The notes: generated by a model from the letters alone, not told the origin. 64,000 nt of DNA from Octopus vulgaris (GCA_951406725.2 OX597838.1:16802001-16866000); one strand, 5' to 3'. Shown: positions 13,283 through 24,694, counted from the stretch's first letter. Made by a program: numbers and translations.

Positions 13283-14141
13283 CCAATTCTGGTAGGCTTA
13301 ATTCGTAAGAAAAAAAATATGTGTTTAGCAAAACTGCTATCACTGATGGACAATTTTTGTCTGCTATTGATAGATTTCTGTTTTTTAACACTATGCATCT
13401 GTAAGAGATGCTGTCTTGAGATAAATACTGCAGTTTATAAAGCTTTTAATGATATATATACTCTAAGTATGATACACAAATTGCTATTTTGAACTAATAC
13501 TGCTCCTGTCCCTCATAATGTGTATGTGTGTGTGTGTGTGTGTGTATATGTATACATACATATATATGGTGGCGAGCTGGCAGAAATGTTAGCACGCCGG
13601 GCGAAATGCGTTGCCGTATTTCGTCTGAGTTCAAATTCCGCCGAGGTCGACTTTGCCTTTCATCCTTTCGGGGTCGATTAAATAAGTACCAGTTACGCAC
13701 TGGGGTCGATATAATCGACTTAATCCGTTTGTCTGTCCTCCCTGTGTTTAGCCCCTTGTGGGTAATAAAGAAATAATATGTATACATACATGCACACCAG
13801 CATCACCTAGGGATTAACTTTGCAACAAATTCTCTGTATTAGAGAATCAAACATTTTTCAGTTACTTCTACACCTCAGAAACCAGGGTAAGGTCTGGCAT
13901 AGTGAGCTTGTAGGCTCAAGAGAAACTGGGGTTGGTTTATTTGACCGGACCCTCTCTCGGTATGTGATGCTTTGTGTTAAATTTGAACTCTCTTTATTGT
14001 GACTAAAGCGGAAAATATCTTTCATGCAGGCAACAAGAACTCCAGTCTTCTACCATGAGTGGACAAGGACAGATTTTCTACGAGCCTGACGATGCAGATG
14101 ATTTTGATGATGAAGATCCCGATGATGATCTTGATATCTAA
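893..14141 (+). CDS. ELP5: Elongator complex protein 5; join(893..947,2951..3011,4891..4971,7481..7710,10096..10274,11739..11828,13092..13192,14030..14141), 302 aa
   Basis: All 7 introns are GT..AG and the phases join into one 909-nt ORF. The protein has ELP5 hallmarks: VLIQDTVKQSG, YEQVHVL, YHNLYSDPLNW, LVHQDLH, DPTANLTFKLNLSDTEKVARSQQVLP and the terminal IFYEPDDADDFDDEDPDDDLDI*. Confidence 0.95.
2951..3011 (+). CDS. ELP5: ELP5 exon 2 (DTVKQSGYPLTACFLKFLST)
   Basis: ttcatttcAG acceptor, GTTCGT donor, phase-consistent. Confidence 0.85.
4891..4971 (+). CDS. ELP5: ELP5 exon 3 (YEQVHVLLLDPSAECLRNIVPEENIS)
   Basis: (tta)n-tAG acceptor, GTACGT donor; EQVH motif. Confidence 0.85.
5111..5255 (+). 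mobile_element. 5'-truncated SINE (gcctttcatcctttcggggtcgata family)
   Basis: 15-bp TSD aggtattgtttgcag at 5096-5110 and 5256-5270. Confidence 0.85.
5425..5541 (+). rRNA. 5S: 5S rRNA copy (dispersed, probably a retro-pseudogene)
   Basis: Near full-length match to metazoan/mollusc 5S (ttacggccatatcacgttgaaagcaccggttctcgtc..gaagttaagc..agtactt.gatgggtga..gc.tggg..gtaagca). It lacks the first 2 nt and has no oligo-T terminator. Confidence 0.9.
5558..5784 (+). mobile_element. Full-length tRNA-derived SINE fused 3' of the 5S copy
   Basis: Head ggcggcgagctggcagaa, B box gagttcaaattcc, tail gtaaagaaata; family also at 13567-13774, 49458-49690, 50668-50886, 61530-61747(-), 62141-62553. Confidence 0.9.
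6189..6525 (+). mobile_element. 3' end of a HERO/R2-group non-LTR retrotransposon (restriction-like endonuclease C-terminus plus 3'UTR)
   Basis: PIEVGCRGFVG...EKASHWIWLKR...W motif, followed by a structured 3'UTR. Confidence 0.75.
6837..7339 (+). mobile_element. piggyBac-type TTAA MITE (monomer of the 169-bp satellite) interrupted by a CR1 3' fragment (7051-7323, -)
   Basis: Left end taaccctttcgatac, right end gtaatgaaagggttaa; a second, 5'-truncated copy lies at ~6526-6737. Confidence 0.8.
7481..7710 (+). CDS. ELP5: ELP5 exon 4 (CIYHNLYSDPLNW...SSPFP)
   Basis: ttccAG acceptor, GTAAGT donor; DPLNW motif. Confidence 0.92.
8598..9951. repeat. Tandem array ~7.4 x 183 bp amplified from the body of a CAT-tailed SINE (ELP5 intron 4)
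   Basis: tacagctggatgccc recurs at 8598, 8781, 8964, 9147, 9329, 9512 and as tactgctgg at 9695, 9878. Confidence 0.95.
10096..10274 (+). CDS. ELP5: ELP5 exon 5 (VSIGQVVSLVHQDLH...SGKIFKS)
   Basis: ttccAG acceptor, GTTAGT donor. Confidence 0.9.
11739..11828 (+). CDS. ELP5: ELP5 exon 6 (KEQYQLLNSF...NDRPQ)
   Basis: Long polypyrimidine tract plus CAG acceptor, GTTAGT donor, phase 0/0. Confidence 0.85.
13092..13192 (+). CDS. ELP5: ELP5 exon 7 (VDPTANLTFKLNLS...QIQN)
   Basis: tttcAG acceptor, GTAAGA donor; conserved LTF.L.LS..E..AR motif. Confidence 0.93.
14030..14141 (+). CDS. ELP5: ELP5 last coding exon (...IFYEPDDADDFDDEDPDDDLDI*)
   Basis: tgcAG acceptor; diagnostic acidic C-terminus; TAA at 14139-14141; ATTAAA at ~14251 is a candidate polyA signal. 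Confidence 0.95.
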
Positions 14142-15233
14142 ATCAAGTTTCTCACCGACAACCGAATGGCACAACTGTGACACAGTGATGTAAGGGCTGG
14201 TTCTGATACATAACTAATGCAACATATTGCTGTATTTGAATTTTATATTCATTAAAAAAAGAGAGAAAAAAACCCAATCTTTCAAGTTACAACATTCTGT
14301 ATTTTGTATTCATATTCATTATCTTCATTTTAAAGGTGGTGCTACAGCATGGCCGCAGTCAAATGACTGAAACAAGTAAAAGAATAAAAGAGTAAAAGAG
14401 ATATCTGACTTTCTGTGCTTGCATAGGTTGGATGGAATTTGTTGAGGCAGATTTTCTACAGCAGGATGCATTTCCTGTTGCCAACCCTCACTTATTTCCA
14501 AGTAAGGTAATATTTCCTCTAAGGCCAGACATGTTTTTGCAGAAGATTGGAAATAAACAACTTCATTTGTTTGATGGTGGTGCTTATTTGCAATGACTGA
14601 CCATGGGATTGCACCTAGAAAGTTCCCCTCCGAGGCCCAAGTCCGGGCAAGGTTGTTTATGGAAGACCAACAGTCGCCCATGCATACCAGCCTCCCCTCT
14701 CCATGCCACCGATGGAGAAAGGAAAAGGCCAATAAAATTTATCATCAGTGATGTCACAACTCTATTCTACAGCTGAGTGAACTGGTGCAACATAAAATAA
14801 AGTGTCTTACTCAAGAACACAACACACAGCCCGGTCCAGGAATTGAACTCACTACCTTGTGATTGTGAGTCCGATGCTCTATCCACTGAGCTATACACCT
14901 TCACATAATATATATATATACAGTACACATAAAGGATAGTCATTTAACGACCTAATGTAATAGGTAAGTGCTTGATTTGGTTTACCACTAAAACTTTGGC
15001 TTGAACTGCAACTGAAAACAAATTGGTATTGAGGATACCTATCAATGCTGGCTAGACGTGCTTCATCGAGGAGCGGGTATACATATATTAGAAACAGGAG
15101 CAAAACATGTATCTCTTTAGGGCATTAGAGTTCTTACAGTTAATAAGTAAAGTTTCGGCCTATTTAATTAAAGGCCATAAAGTGAAACCACATGTTTTAC
15201 TTGTCTGTTCTGTTTCTAATATATATATATATA

Positions 15234-15632
15234 CTAGCAGTATTGCCCGGCGTTGCTCGGGTTTGTAAGGGAAATAACTATATAGGCATTTTTAGAGAGT
15301 TATAGCCAAAAAATAGCAAAAAAATGCATTAAAAATGGAAAAAAAATGATGGTAAATTTTTTTTTAAAATCGTTGACTCATCGTAGACATTTTTAGAGAG
15401 TTACTTCCCTTATATAATTGCGAAAAAATGCATTAAAATGGAAAAAAATGATGGTAAATTATTTTAAAAATCGTAGACTCATCGTAGATGCGCGCTAATA
15501 CCCAGAAGGGCTTGATATGAATCACGACTATAAGATACCCGGTTTTGGTTAAACTGCACCGCAAAATGTGGGAGTAGTTAGGAATCTAAATCGGAGTAGA
15601 CAGACACACAACCTTACTTTTATATATAAAGA
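15234..15632 (-). mobile_element. Non-autonomous Helitron
   Basis: On the minus strand: 5'-TC start, 3' cccgagcaacgccggg hairpin plus CTAG end, inserted between A and T; second copy at 56653-56950. Confidence 0.8.
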
Positions 15633-15640
15633 TATATATA

Positions 15641-15827
15641 TATGAATAAATGAAAGAATGGAGTCGAACGAAGATTTTAACAAAATTCCTTTACTCTTAA
15701 CACATGTTTCGAAGACTGCATACTCTTAATTCCGAAGGAAAAGAGTATGCAGTCTTCGAAACATATGTTGAGAGTAAAGGAATTTTGTTAAAATCTTCGT
15801 TCGACTCCATTCTTTCATTTATTCATA
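15641..15827. repeat. 187-bp near-perfect palindrome (87-bp arms, 2 mismatches)
   Basis: tatgaataaatgaaagaatggagtcg... pairs with ...cgactccattctttcatttattcata; loop 15728-15740. Confidence 0.95.
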
Positions 15828-17696
15828 AAAAAAAAAACACACAAATTACCACACAGGAACACGGGGTTTCTGCCCTTGGCATGTAGCTTCAACTGTGTCT
15901 TCTGACGTGAATTTGCTACCCAGGTATCGATTAACCGAATTATCAATACTAAGATAATTCATTCACATACTTAAATATGGCGGTGCCCCAGCATGGCCAC
16001 AGCTCATAGGCTGAAACTGGAATCAATCAATCAATCAATCATATATATATATATATACATTCATATATATATATATATATCTTTATAAAACAGGAAGTTG
16101 GAAAATTTATTGGTATTATTTATTTGCCATTCGCATGTTTCATTAATCAATAGGAATTATAGAGATTTTACTCTCTTTACTAGTTTCAGTCATTTGACTG
16201 CGGCCATGCCGGAGCATCGCCTTTAGTTGAGCAAATCGACCCCAGGACTTATTCTTTGGAAGCCTAGTACTTATTCTATTGGTTATATTAATCAAATATT
16301 ACACACAAAAAAGAAGTTATACGCGCATGCAAGCACACACACGTATACACAATAAATACATGTAAATATTTTGACACAGTGGAGGCACATGGTTAGAGCA
16401 GCGGACTCGCAGTCGAGGGATCGCGGGTTCGAATCTCAGACCGGGTGATATGTGTGTTTATGAGCGAAACACCTAAGCTTCACTGCTGACTCTTTCGTCA
16501 CAACTTTCTCTCACTCTTTCCTCCTGCATCTTGCAGCTCACCTGCGATGGACTGGCGTCCCGTCCAGGTGGGGAACCTATACGCCAAGGAAACCAGGAAA
16601 CCGACCCTTATGAGCCAGGCATGGCTTGAAAAGGAACAAACATATACACAATTACACACACCCATACATATGTTCATGTACATACACATTTTCTTACATA
16701 CACACACCCATACATATTAAATTCGAAAAATCGTCACAATAATTACATATAAATATTTTGACACAAGGAAAAATATAAATGTATAAAAAAGTTAAATAAA
16801 TAAAACAAGACACTATTTTGTCATGGGAGAAGAAAGAAATGTAGATATCTGCATACAATTTTAATAAAAAAACAAAGAACAAAAATAATAAAAACCCATT
16901 TTATATATATATATGGCGAAAGTAAAGAATACGTAAACCCTGTTTAGGGTTTTTGTTACGCCAAAAATGGGTGGTGTATGTATTCTTTACCTCCGCCATA
17001 TATCTATACAGACAACTATATAATTATATGATCTATATACATATACAATATAACGTAAAAATACACATATTATATATGAAAGCGCATGACTCAGTGGTTA
17101 GAGCGTAGTGAGTTCGATTCCCGGACAGGGCTGTGTTCTTGAGCAAGACATTTTATTTCACATTGTTCCAGTTTACTCATCTGTAGAATAGAGTTGTGAT
17201 GTCGCCTAGTGCCAAGCTGTATTGGCTTTTGCCTTTCATTTGGGTAACGTCAATGGCGTGAAGACAGGAGGCTGGTATGCTTGAGCGACTGCTAATCTTC
17301 CATAAACAACCTTGCCCGGACTTGGGCCTCGGAGGGGAACTTTCTAGGTGCAATCCCATGGTCATTCACGACTGAAGGGGATCTTGATATACATATATAC
17401 TTTAAAAACTCCTAATCGTGGTTTATTCGCTACGTCAAAGTAATGAAAACTAAAGAAAAAGTGTTGCTTTACACTGAAATAAAAGGATGAATAAGTAATT
17501 AGCATTTTGTAATTAAAATTAGTTTTAGTTTCTTTTCAGCGTCACATACGTCTTGCGTGGGAATGGAGACCTGGGTCCTTTTAACTTTTCTACAAATGTT
17601 ACTTTTACAAATTTTCTAATATCTTCTTTAATCTCAATTAAAGTTCCTGCCCTCAAAGAATGCCAAACGTAGGGGATTTTATTATCGGGATATAAA

Positions 17697-18186
17697 TCGT
17701 GCCACCGTGTCAGTGGCACGTAAAAGCACCATCCATTCGTGTTCGTTGTCAGCCTCGGCTGGCCCCCGTGCCGGTGACACGTAAAAGCACCGTCCGTTCG
17801 TGGCCGTTTGCCAGCTCTGTCTGGCCCCGTGCCGGTGACACGTAAAAGCACCGTCCGTTCGTGGCCGTTTGCCAGCTCTGTCTGGCCCCGTGTCGGTAGC
17901 ACGTAAAAGCACCATCCGTTCGTGTCCGTTGCCAGCATCGCCTGGCCCCGTGCCAGTGACACGTAAAAGCACCATCCGTTCGTGGCCGTTCGCCAGCTGT
18001 CTGGCACCTGTGCAGGTGGCACGTAAAAAACACCCACTACACTCGCGGAGTGGTTGGCGTTAGGAAGGGCATCCAGCCGTAGAAACACTGCCAGATCTGA
18101 CGAAGCCTTCCAGCTTCACAGACCCCAGTTGACCCGTCCAACCCATGCTAGCATGGAAAGCGGACACTAAATGATAATGATGATGA
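17697..18186 (+). mobile_element. CAT-tailed SINE with an internal ~61-bp minisatellite (5-6 units)
   Basis: Repeated cacgtaaaagcacc.tccgttcgtggccgtt units, then the gttggcgttaggaagggcatccagc body and a (gat)n tail; family has >12 copies in the window. Confidence 0.85.
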
Positions 18187-19160
18187 AATCGACTTCCTTG
18201 CTTGGTTAGTACTTTATTTTATCGACTTCACCACCTGAATAGGATGAAAGGCAAAGAAGTTGACCTCAGAATACAGCCAGGCCTTTTCCTGATGTTCTAA
18301 CAATTCTATTGCCCCTTTAACTCTTCTTCGCCCCCCCCCCCCCCTTCCGCAGTAACTTTTTTCGGATCTTTGCCTTTTGACCTGCAGGTAAAGATCCATA
18401 CGTTTCCGATGGTGTTACATGCCAATTATTATTTCATATTTTATCACGATAATCGTAATCTAACCCTTCGAAAACGTATCTCGGGGAAAATGTATTTTGA
18501 AATTTATTTCTGGAAACTTCCCGGAGGAAATGCATTTAAGAAAGTCTGGTGGGAGAATAATCCTAAAAAGAAACAAAAACCTTTTTAAATATTTTCTACA
18601 CTAAAATGTATCTTAGGAAAATTTCACTAGACAATATGGATTTTTCAGAAACATTTGTAGAGAAACAAAACTACATCCCGCCTTAAAACGTCACACACAT
18701 ACACACACACTATCATTGGCTGGAGAGGCAGAATTAAAGTAAGGTTGTCTCGTAATAGGAAATTTGTTAAAATACCACGAAGAATAATACTAAATAAAGA
18801 AATGTTGGGGGACATTGTGACGTTTATGCGTTTGCCAGGAATATCACTGATGTTAAAGGGAAGTGAACATGTTTTGAATTGGATATCAAAACAGGTAGCC
18901 TGAAGCTTATCTTTCGCTTTATGGCAACTTTCCTCACAAAAAGTGGAAAGAAAAAAAAATAGTGTCCCACATTCGACTTCTCACATGAAAAATGTCAAAT
19001 AAATCAGTGATATTTCAGAATGTCAAAGTAGAAATATAAATTTAACCCTTTCAATTCATAATGTCAAAACAATCTACATATTTCTGAAAGACAGAAATGA
19101 AAATTAAGGCAAAATTTCCAAATAATGAAGACAGTTATAAAAATTTAAACTTTGAAGTGA

Positions 19161-19990
19161 GAAATGGTTACGAATTTACTGGTTTGTGATGGAATTAAGG
19201 AGACATTCAAACAGATAAGAGTTGGGGCCATTTTATATAAAAATCTCTTCTCCACCAAATAAATTAAAAGAAGGGATGTCAGGAACTTCTGCAAGAAGAG
19301 AATCCTCAGAAAGTTCCTGGTTCTTTGAAATGGTTACGAATTTACTGGTTTGTGATGGAATTAAAGAGACATTCAAACGGATAAGAGTTGGTGCCATTTT
19401 ATATAAAAATCTCTTCTCCACCAAATAAATTAAAAGAAGGGATGTCAGGAACTTCTGCAAGAAGAGAATCCTCAGAAAGTACCTGGTTCTTTGAAATGGT
19501 TACAAATTTACTGGTTTGTGATGGAATTAAAGAGACATTCAAACGGATAAGAGTTGGTGCCATTTTATATAAAAATCTCTTCTCCACCAAATAAATTAAA
19601 AGAAGGGATGTCAGGAACTTCTGCAAGAAGAGAATCCTCAGAAAGTACCTGGTTCTTTGAAATGGTTACAAATTTACTGGTTTGTGATGGAATTAAAGAG
19701 ACATTCAAACGGATAAGAGTTGGTGCCATTTTATATAAAAATCTCTTCTCCACCAAATAAATTAAAAGAAGGGATGTCAGGAACTTCTGCAAGAAGAGAA
19801 TCCTCAGAAAGTTCCTGGTTCTTTGAAATGGTTACGAATTTACTGGTTTGTGATGGAATTATAGAGACATTCAAACGGATAAGAGTTGGTGCCATTTTAT
19901 ATAAAAATCTCTTCTCCGCCAAATAAATTAAAAGAAGGGATGTCAGGAACTTCTGCAAGAAGAGAATCCTCAGAAAGTTCCTGGTTCTTT
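19161..19990 (-). repeat. Tandem array, 5 x 166 bp, made of the last ~30 codons, stop and 3'UTR of the 151-aa gene
   Basis: gaaatggtta recurs at 19161, 19327, 19493, 19659, 19825; units nearly identical. Confidence 0.97.
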
Positions 19991-20352
19991 GCTGCTGCAC
20001 ACCGTCTTTGGTGAACTTTCTGTCTGTTTGAAGCCTGAACTTGTAAAGTAGTTTTCGATGACTGTACAGGAGTTCCTGGAACTTGTTGATCGGATGTGGA
20101 TGATTCTAGGGAGACGACTGTAGCTTCGCTTTTATTCTTCTTCCGAGATGGAGTTTGTGAGTTTGGCGCCAAAATTTCCTGGCTTTGAACAGGTGTCCTA
20201 ATATTCCCGTAAGAAGTGCTTGTTTCTGGCGACCTCCAAGGATCGATATTTGAACTTCTTGATTGCGGAACAACGGCCGAAGGAGAATTACAATTGTTCT
20301 GAGTCACTAAAAGAGGTGTACTGGGAACATTTTGTAACGGAGACTTCGACAT
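19897..20352 (-). CDS. Uncharacterised 151-aa Ser/Thr/Pro/Gln-rich (likely disordered) protein
   Basis: Mostly non-repetitive, more GC-balanced ORF. A canonical 67-nt intron (GTAATT...tttttAG, 20442-20376) lies 23 nt upstream of the ATG, with an in-frame stop in the upstream exon. Seven S/T-P sites, a basic RKKNK stretch, and a hydrophobic-acidic C-terminal motif. Confidence 0.65.
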   Translation of the reverse strand: MSKSPLQNVPSTPLLVTQNNCNSPSAVVPQSRSSNIDPWRSPETSTSYGNIRTPVQSQEILAPNSQTPSRKKNKSEATVVSLESSTSDQQVPGTPVQSSKTTLQVQASNRQKVHQRRCAAAKNQELSEDSLLAEVPDIPSFNLFGGEEIFI

Positions 20353-22009
20353 TTCGATGAACGAATCAAGATCAGCTAAAAATCAATATCAAGAGATTTA
20401 AGCAGGATTTAATTATCTCGTTATAAACTTAAAATAAATTACCTCAGCTTTGGTGTGACAATCTTTAACGAAGTTTCTATTTTTCTTCCACTATTTCTTC
20501 ATGGAAATTTAACAGGAAACATAATTAAATGTTTTATCATAATGATTTTTTTCTTTATTGAATTATGTCGGGATTATCTAAACGAAGGACAACGGAAAAT
20601 AACGAGTTTTAAATTACCATTAAAACATTTTAAAGTATTATTTTTTCCTGAGATTGGTGTTTACTTCGATTTCTTCTTATTAGTAAATAAAAAAACTTAT
20701 TTTTCTCAAAATTAACGCTTTCTTGGGAAAAAGAAATATTTATTTCATAAAGCTATTAGTGAACAATAGCGTCGTGAGATGTTTAAATGTGTTTATCACT
20801 GGTTTACTGTGTTTCTAACGAACTAAATTGTTTGAAACGAGGTATTTATATGGTGATTTAAAATTTCTGTATATAATATATTAAAAATATATATAATGTT
20901 TTATATTTCACTAACAAGGTTAGTCTTGAGGTTATGGTAAAACATACTTATTCAAGATGCCATGCAGTGGAATCGAACCCAGAACCTCACGGCTGTGTGA
21001 CCATCCTGCATTTCTGGTGATGTTCAGCAACACCGTTATGCAGGTCGAAGTGCAGTTTAGTGTTGTAAAAAAATTGGAATTAAATAGTGCCGGAAATGGA
21101 GATTGCTAAATACCATAATTGCATAGGTACTTGTATAGAATCACCATGGTAAATAGTATTTTTTAAAAATTGGGTATTTGGGACAGTAGAAAGAGGTCAA
21201 ATGCTGCCTGACAGATCCTTGATCGTCCGTGCGCAATGGTTATTACATTGCGTCATTATTATAGTAATAACGCAATGGTTATTACTAGGGACGCGTATGA
21301 TACCTGATAGGTAAACGTTTTAAGTTAATTTAGGCCACATACATAAAGTGTGAAGTTACGAACTATTCTTTAAAATTTGTCGATCCAATGATGAGAACAT
21401 CTATATACAGACTTATTGAATGGTGGCGTATACTCGCCAAGAAGAAACTCAGATGACAATGTGGAACGAGTAATGCTTTTATTAACGTCGTATTTGTACG
21501 AGCATATGTGGCAAATTAGGTTCAGAAAAAATGGAAAAGCTATATGTATGTTCTATACATTGTTTTCATGTTATATAAATATGATGGAGATGGGGGTGTT
21601 TTGACTGCATTTTTGAATGAGACAGAATAAATTTTCCGCAAATGTTCACAACTTTACCAAAACAATATCAGCTAAGCAAATGGCCTTCCTTAAACGTATT
21701 AAAAGTATTACTCGCCATGCAGTTAAAAGAGAATAAATTATTGAAATTAGACGTTACTCATTTTACCCCATTTTAGACGTCATTTTTTTAAATCTTGAAA
21801 ATGATCAAATTAGACTTAGTGTGAGAAAAAAATTGAGTTGGAATCCAACAGAGTAAAGAATATCAATTGTTAAACATCAAAATAATCTAGATATTTTATT
21901 AAAATCCTCAATTATAATTGGGTCAAAGTTGAGGAAAAACTTCTTGGAAAAAGGGGGCCTACCACCTCTCAACTTCAACAACTATGCTAACCAGTTTTTA
22001 CTCCTAAAG

Positions 22010-22255
22010 ATGATGCTTTTCAACCTCGCTCGCCTCAAAAGTACGTCAAAGACAATGGTGCGAAGCTTGCTAGAGTTCCAATATGCCGACGACAACAGTG
22101 TAGCAGCTCACAGACTGGATCACCTCCAACAGATCCTAAATGCTTTTCATCATGCATATACTAAACTTGGACTGAGCATCAACATCAAGAAGACTCACTT
22201 ACTCTACCAACCTCCCCCCAATGCCCGTGTTGACAACCCGCCATCGATTCAACCT
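22010..22255 (+). mobile_element. RTE-clade LINE reverse-transcriptase fragment
   Basis: FNLARLK...LEFQYADD...LQQILNAF...LGLSINIKKT. Confidence 0.85.
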
Positions 22256-22766
22256 GAAATATAATAAATATTAATAAAAATTATTCCGAGTATCACAAAC
22301 TCCAACAATGATTTATTTGCTGTGCCTTTGAAATTCTTCCAGATATCCAGGCAGGCACTAAAAAAAAATTAATCCCAAAAAATAAATACAAAAGTATTCA
22401 AATATTTTCTCCATAGACAGACCCTACCAAGAAGAAAATGTTTTTTTTCCCACCAGAATAACTGTGTGTGTGTATATATATAATTAAGTGAAGTAACTTC
22501 TATTAAGCAATTTAATGTTTATTTAATTTATTGATTTTTTAAATAATATTTATTATAGTATATTTAAATTTTTTTTATATAATATAATGTCTTTCACTAT
22601 TGAATTGCTTAATAGAGGTTATTTCTCTTAGGTCACAGCTAGTGAGCTGAAACTAGATGAAATGAATATATTATATATTGTGAAATTTGATTTAGAATGC
22701 TAAACTGAATTTTTCCCTTTAAGTTTGGAACTATATTTCCTACTATTATTATTATATATATAATAT

Positions 22767-23124
22767 ATGCAGGAGTGGCTGTGTGGTAAGTAGCTTGTTT
22801 ACCAACCACATGGTTCCGGGTTCAGTCCCACTGCGTGGCACCTTGGGCAAGTGTCTTCTACTATAACCTCGGGCCAACCAAAGCCTTGTGAGTGGATTTG
22901 GAAGATGGAAACTGAAAGAAGCCCGTCGTATAATGTACATATATGTATATGTATGTGTGTGTGTACATGTTTGTGTGTCTGTGTTTGTCCCCCCAACATC
23001 GCTTGACAACCAATGCTGGTGTGTTTACGTCCCCGTAACTTAGCGGTTCAGCTAAAAGGCAGTGCTCCAGCATGGCCACAGTCAAATGACTGAAGCAAGT
23101 AAAAGAGTAAAGAGAGTAAAGAGT
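22767..23124 (+). mobile_element. CORE-type tRNA SINE with internal TA/TG microsatellite (most abundant family)
   Basis: caccttgggcaagtg CORE-like block and (gtaaaaga)n tail; further copies at approx. 31143-31550, 35090-35483, 35830-36190(-), 39236-39660, 43605-44027(-), 44180-44592(-), 50970-51370, 53567-53957, 53960-54236(-), 57580-58020(-), 59565-59945(-). Confidence 0.85.
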
Positions 23125-23520
23125 ATGTAGTGTGTGTGTTTATTTGGCAAAAAGAAAAAAGTGACCCTCTTGAAATATAACAATATATTTGCATTTATCT
23201 TTCTGTATATTTAGCTTCCATTAAAATTAAATTAATTAACGATCAATTATTTTAATCTAATTTTCCCCGTGGTAACTATGTTGGTATATAATAATTGTTT
23301 TGAAGCTTTATATATGAAAGAATGCTAAAGAGGACATTATGTATTGTATGTGCAAGAACACACAAAGAACATTGTGTGTTGTGACACATTTCCCAGTGAC
23401 ATAGTTGGCACTGGAGTAGCTGTTCACAACATAACGGAACAGTGTGCTTATTGCAGCTTCAAAGGAAAGTGTCCTTATTGTGTCATCAAAGGATCATGTG
23501 CTTATTGTGTTTACAAATTA

Positions 23521-24089
23521 TATTGGGTTGTCCGGAAAGTTCGTGCCGATTTTTAAAGGATAAAAAAGGTCAATAAATAGTTGCCATTACATTTTTAATC
23601 AACCAAACATGAACCATTTTGTTACACAATGCATCTCCATCTTTCCTTTAACTTGAAAATACCCTCTTCCCAGAATTGAGGTGGTTTCATGGCAAAGAAT
23701 TCATCAAGGTATCTTTTTATGTTATCCAAGGAATTGAAATTTTTACCATTAAGACTATTCTGCAGAGACCTGAATAAGTGGAAATCTGAAGGAGCAATAT
23801 CTGGTGAATATAGAGGGTCAGGTAACACATCCCAGCTGAGCTGCAGCAATTTTTGTCTGGTTCCCAAAGCATCAAGTGCAGAAAATGAACTTTCTTATCT
23901 TCGATTTTAAAGGGTTACAGAATTAACACAGGTTATAGGAACATAAACCTTCTTCCACGAAAAGATGGCTTAAACTGTGTTCTAAATGGAGGTGTAGTCA
24001 AATCCTATTTTATGGACTCAACCATGTCCTAAAATAAGTCGAATGGTAATCTACTATAAATTGGCACAAACTTTCCGGACAACCCAATA
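23521..24089 (-). mobile_element. Internally deleted mariner element
   Basis: TIRs ttgggttgtccggaaagtt.gtgcc.attt with TA flanks; YSPDIAPSDFHLFRSLQN transposase remnant; truncated sister copy at ~4359-4665. Confidence 0.92.
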
Positions 24090-24625
24090 GTTTTCCAGGT
24101 TTTGTGGGTGGTATATAATTAATATACTTTTCATGCTCCATTGGTGATAATTTTCTTACCAAAAGTCTAGTCTTTTGGTTCTCTTTCTAATCTGAACTTT
24201 TGTTCTTGAATATTTCCTCAAATTGACTATAATAAGCAGTAAATGTAACACCTTCATCCAAATTATATCTAAATTCATTGATGGAACTTGTCAATGAATC
24301 TGGTGTAAATGATTTTGAAGCATTCTTTGTTTCCTTGAGGAGATTCTGTAAAACCTCATGTTGCTGTTTTTAAATCTCTATCACAGCTGATAGTAATTCT
24401 TCCATGATAAACAACAAGATGAATTTTTTGTTCTCATAAACAAAAAAATATACAATTCACAATAATTTGAGTGAGTCTCGAACACTTCTCATTACCAGCT
24501 GTTATATCGCCAGTGACGATATATGATGTGTGTGTGTGTAACACTACATCACAGTACCAAATATAACCGTATAACAACAAGCCATGTAACAAGAGTTGGT
24601 TATCTTATAACCATTCACACAATAA
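24090..24625 (-). mobile_element. Degraded Gypsy (Mag-like) LTR/gag remnant into which the mariner inserted
   Basis: Pseudo-ORF MEELL...INEFRYNLDEGVTFTAYY...RLLVRKLSPMEHEKY, homologous to the gag at 41370-41700. Confidence 0.7.
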
Positions 24626-24694
24626 CAATCTAATGCCTCCGTGCAGAATCAATAAGGAGACTAACACTCTCACAGTTTGACTTCAACTGTCTCA

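Noticed and set aside
17697-18030. CRISPR-like repeat/spacer appearance (cacgtaaaagcacc)
   Set aside because: The intervening sequences are homologous to each other, so this is a ~61-bp minisatellite inside a SINE; eukaryotic context and no cas genes.
19222-19926. Plus-strand 68-aa repeated ORFs
   Set aside because: Antisense frames of the 166-bp array, starting at non-ATG codons.
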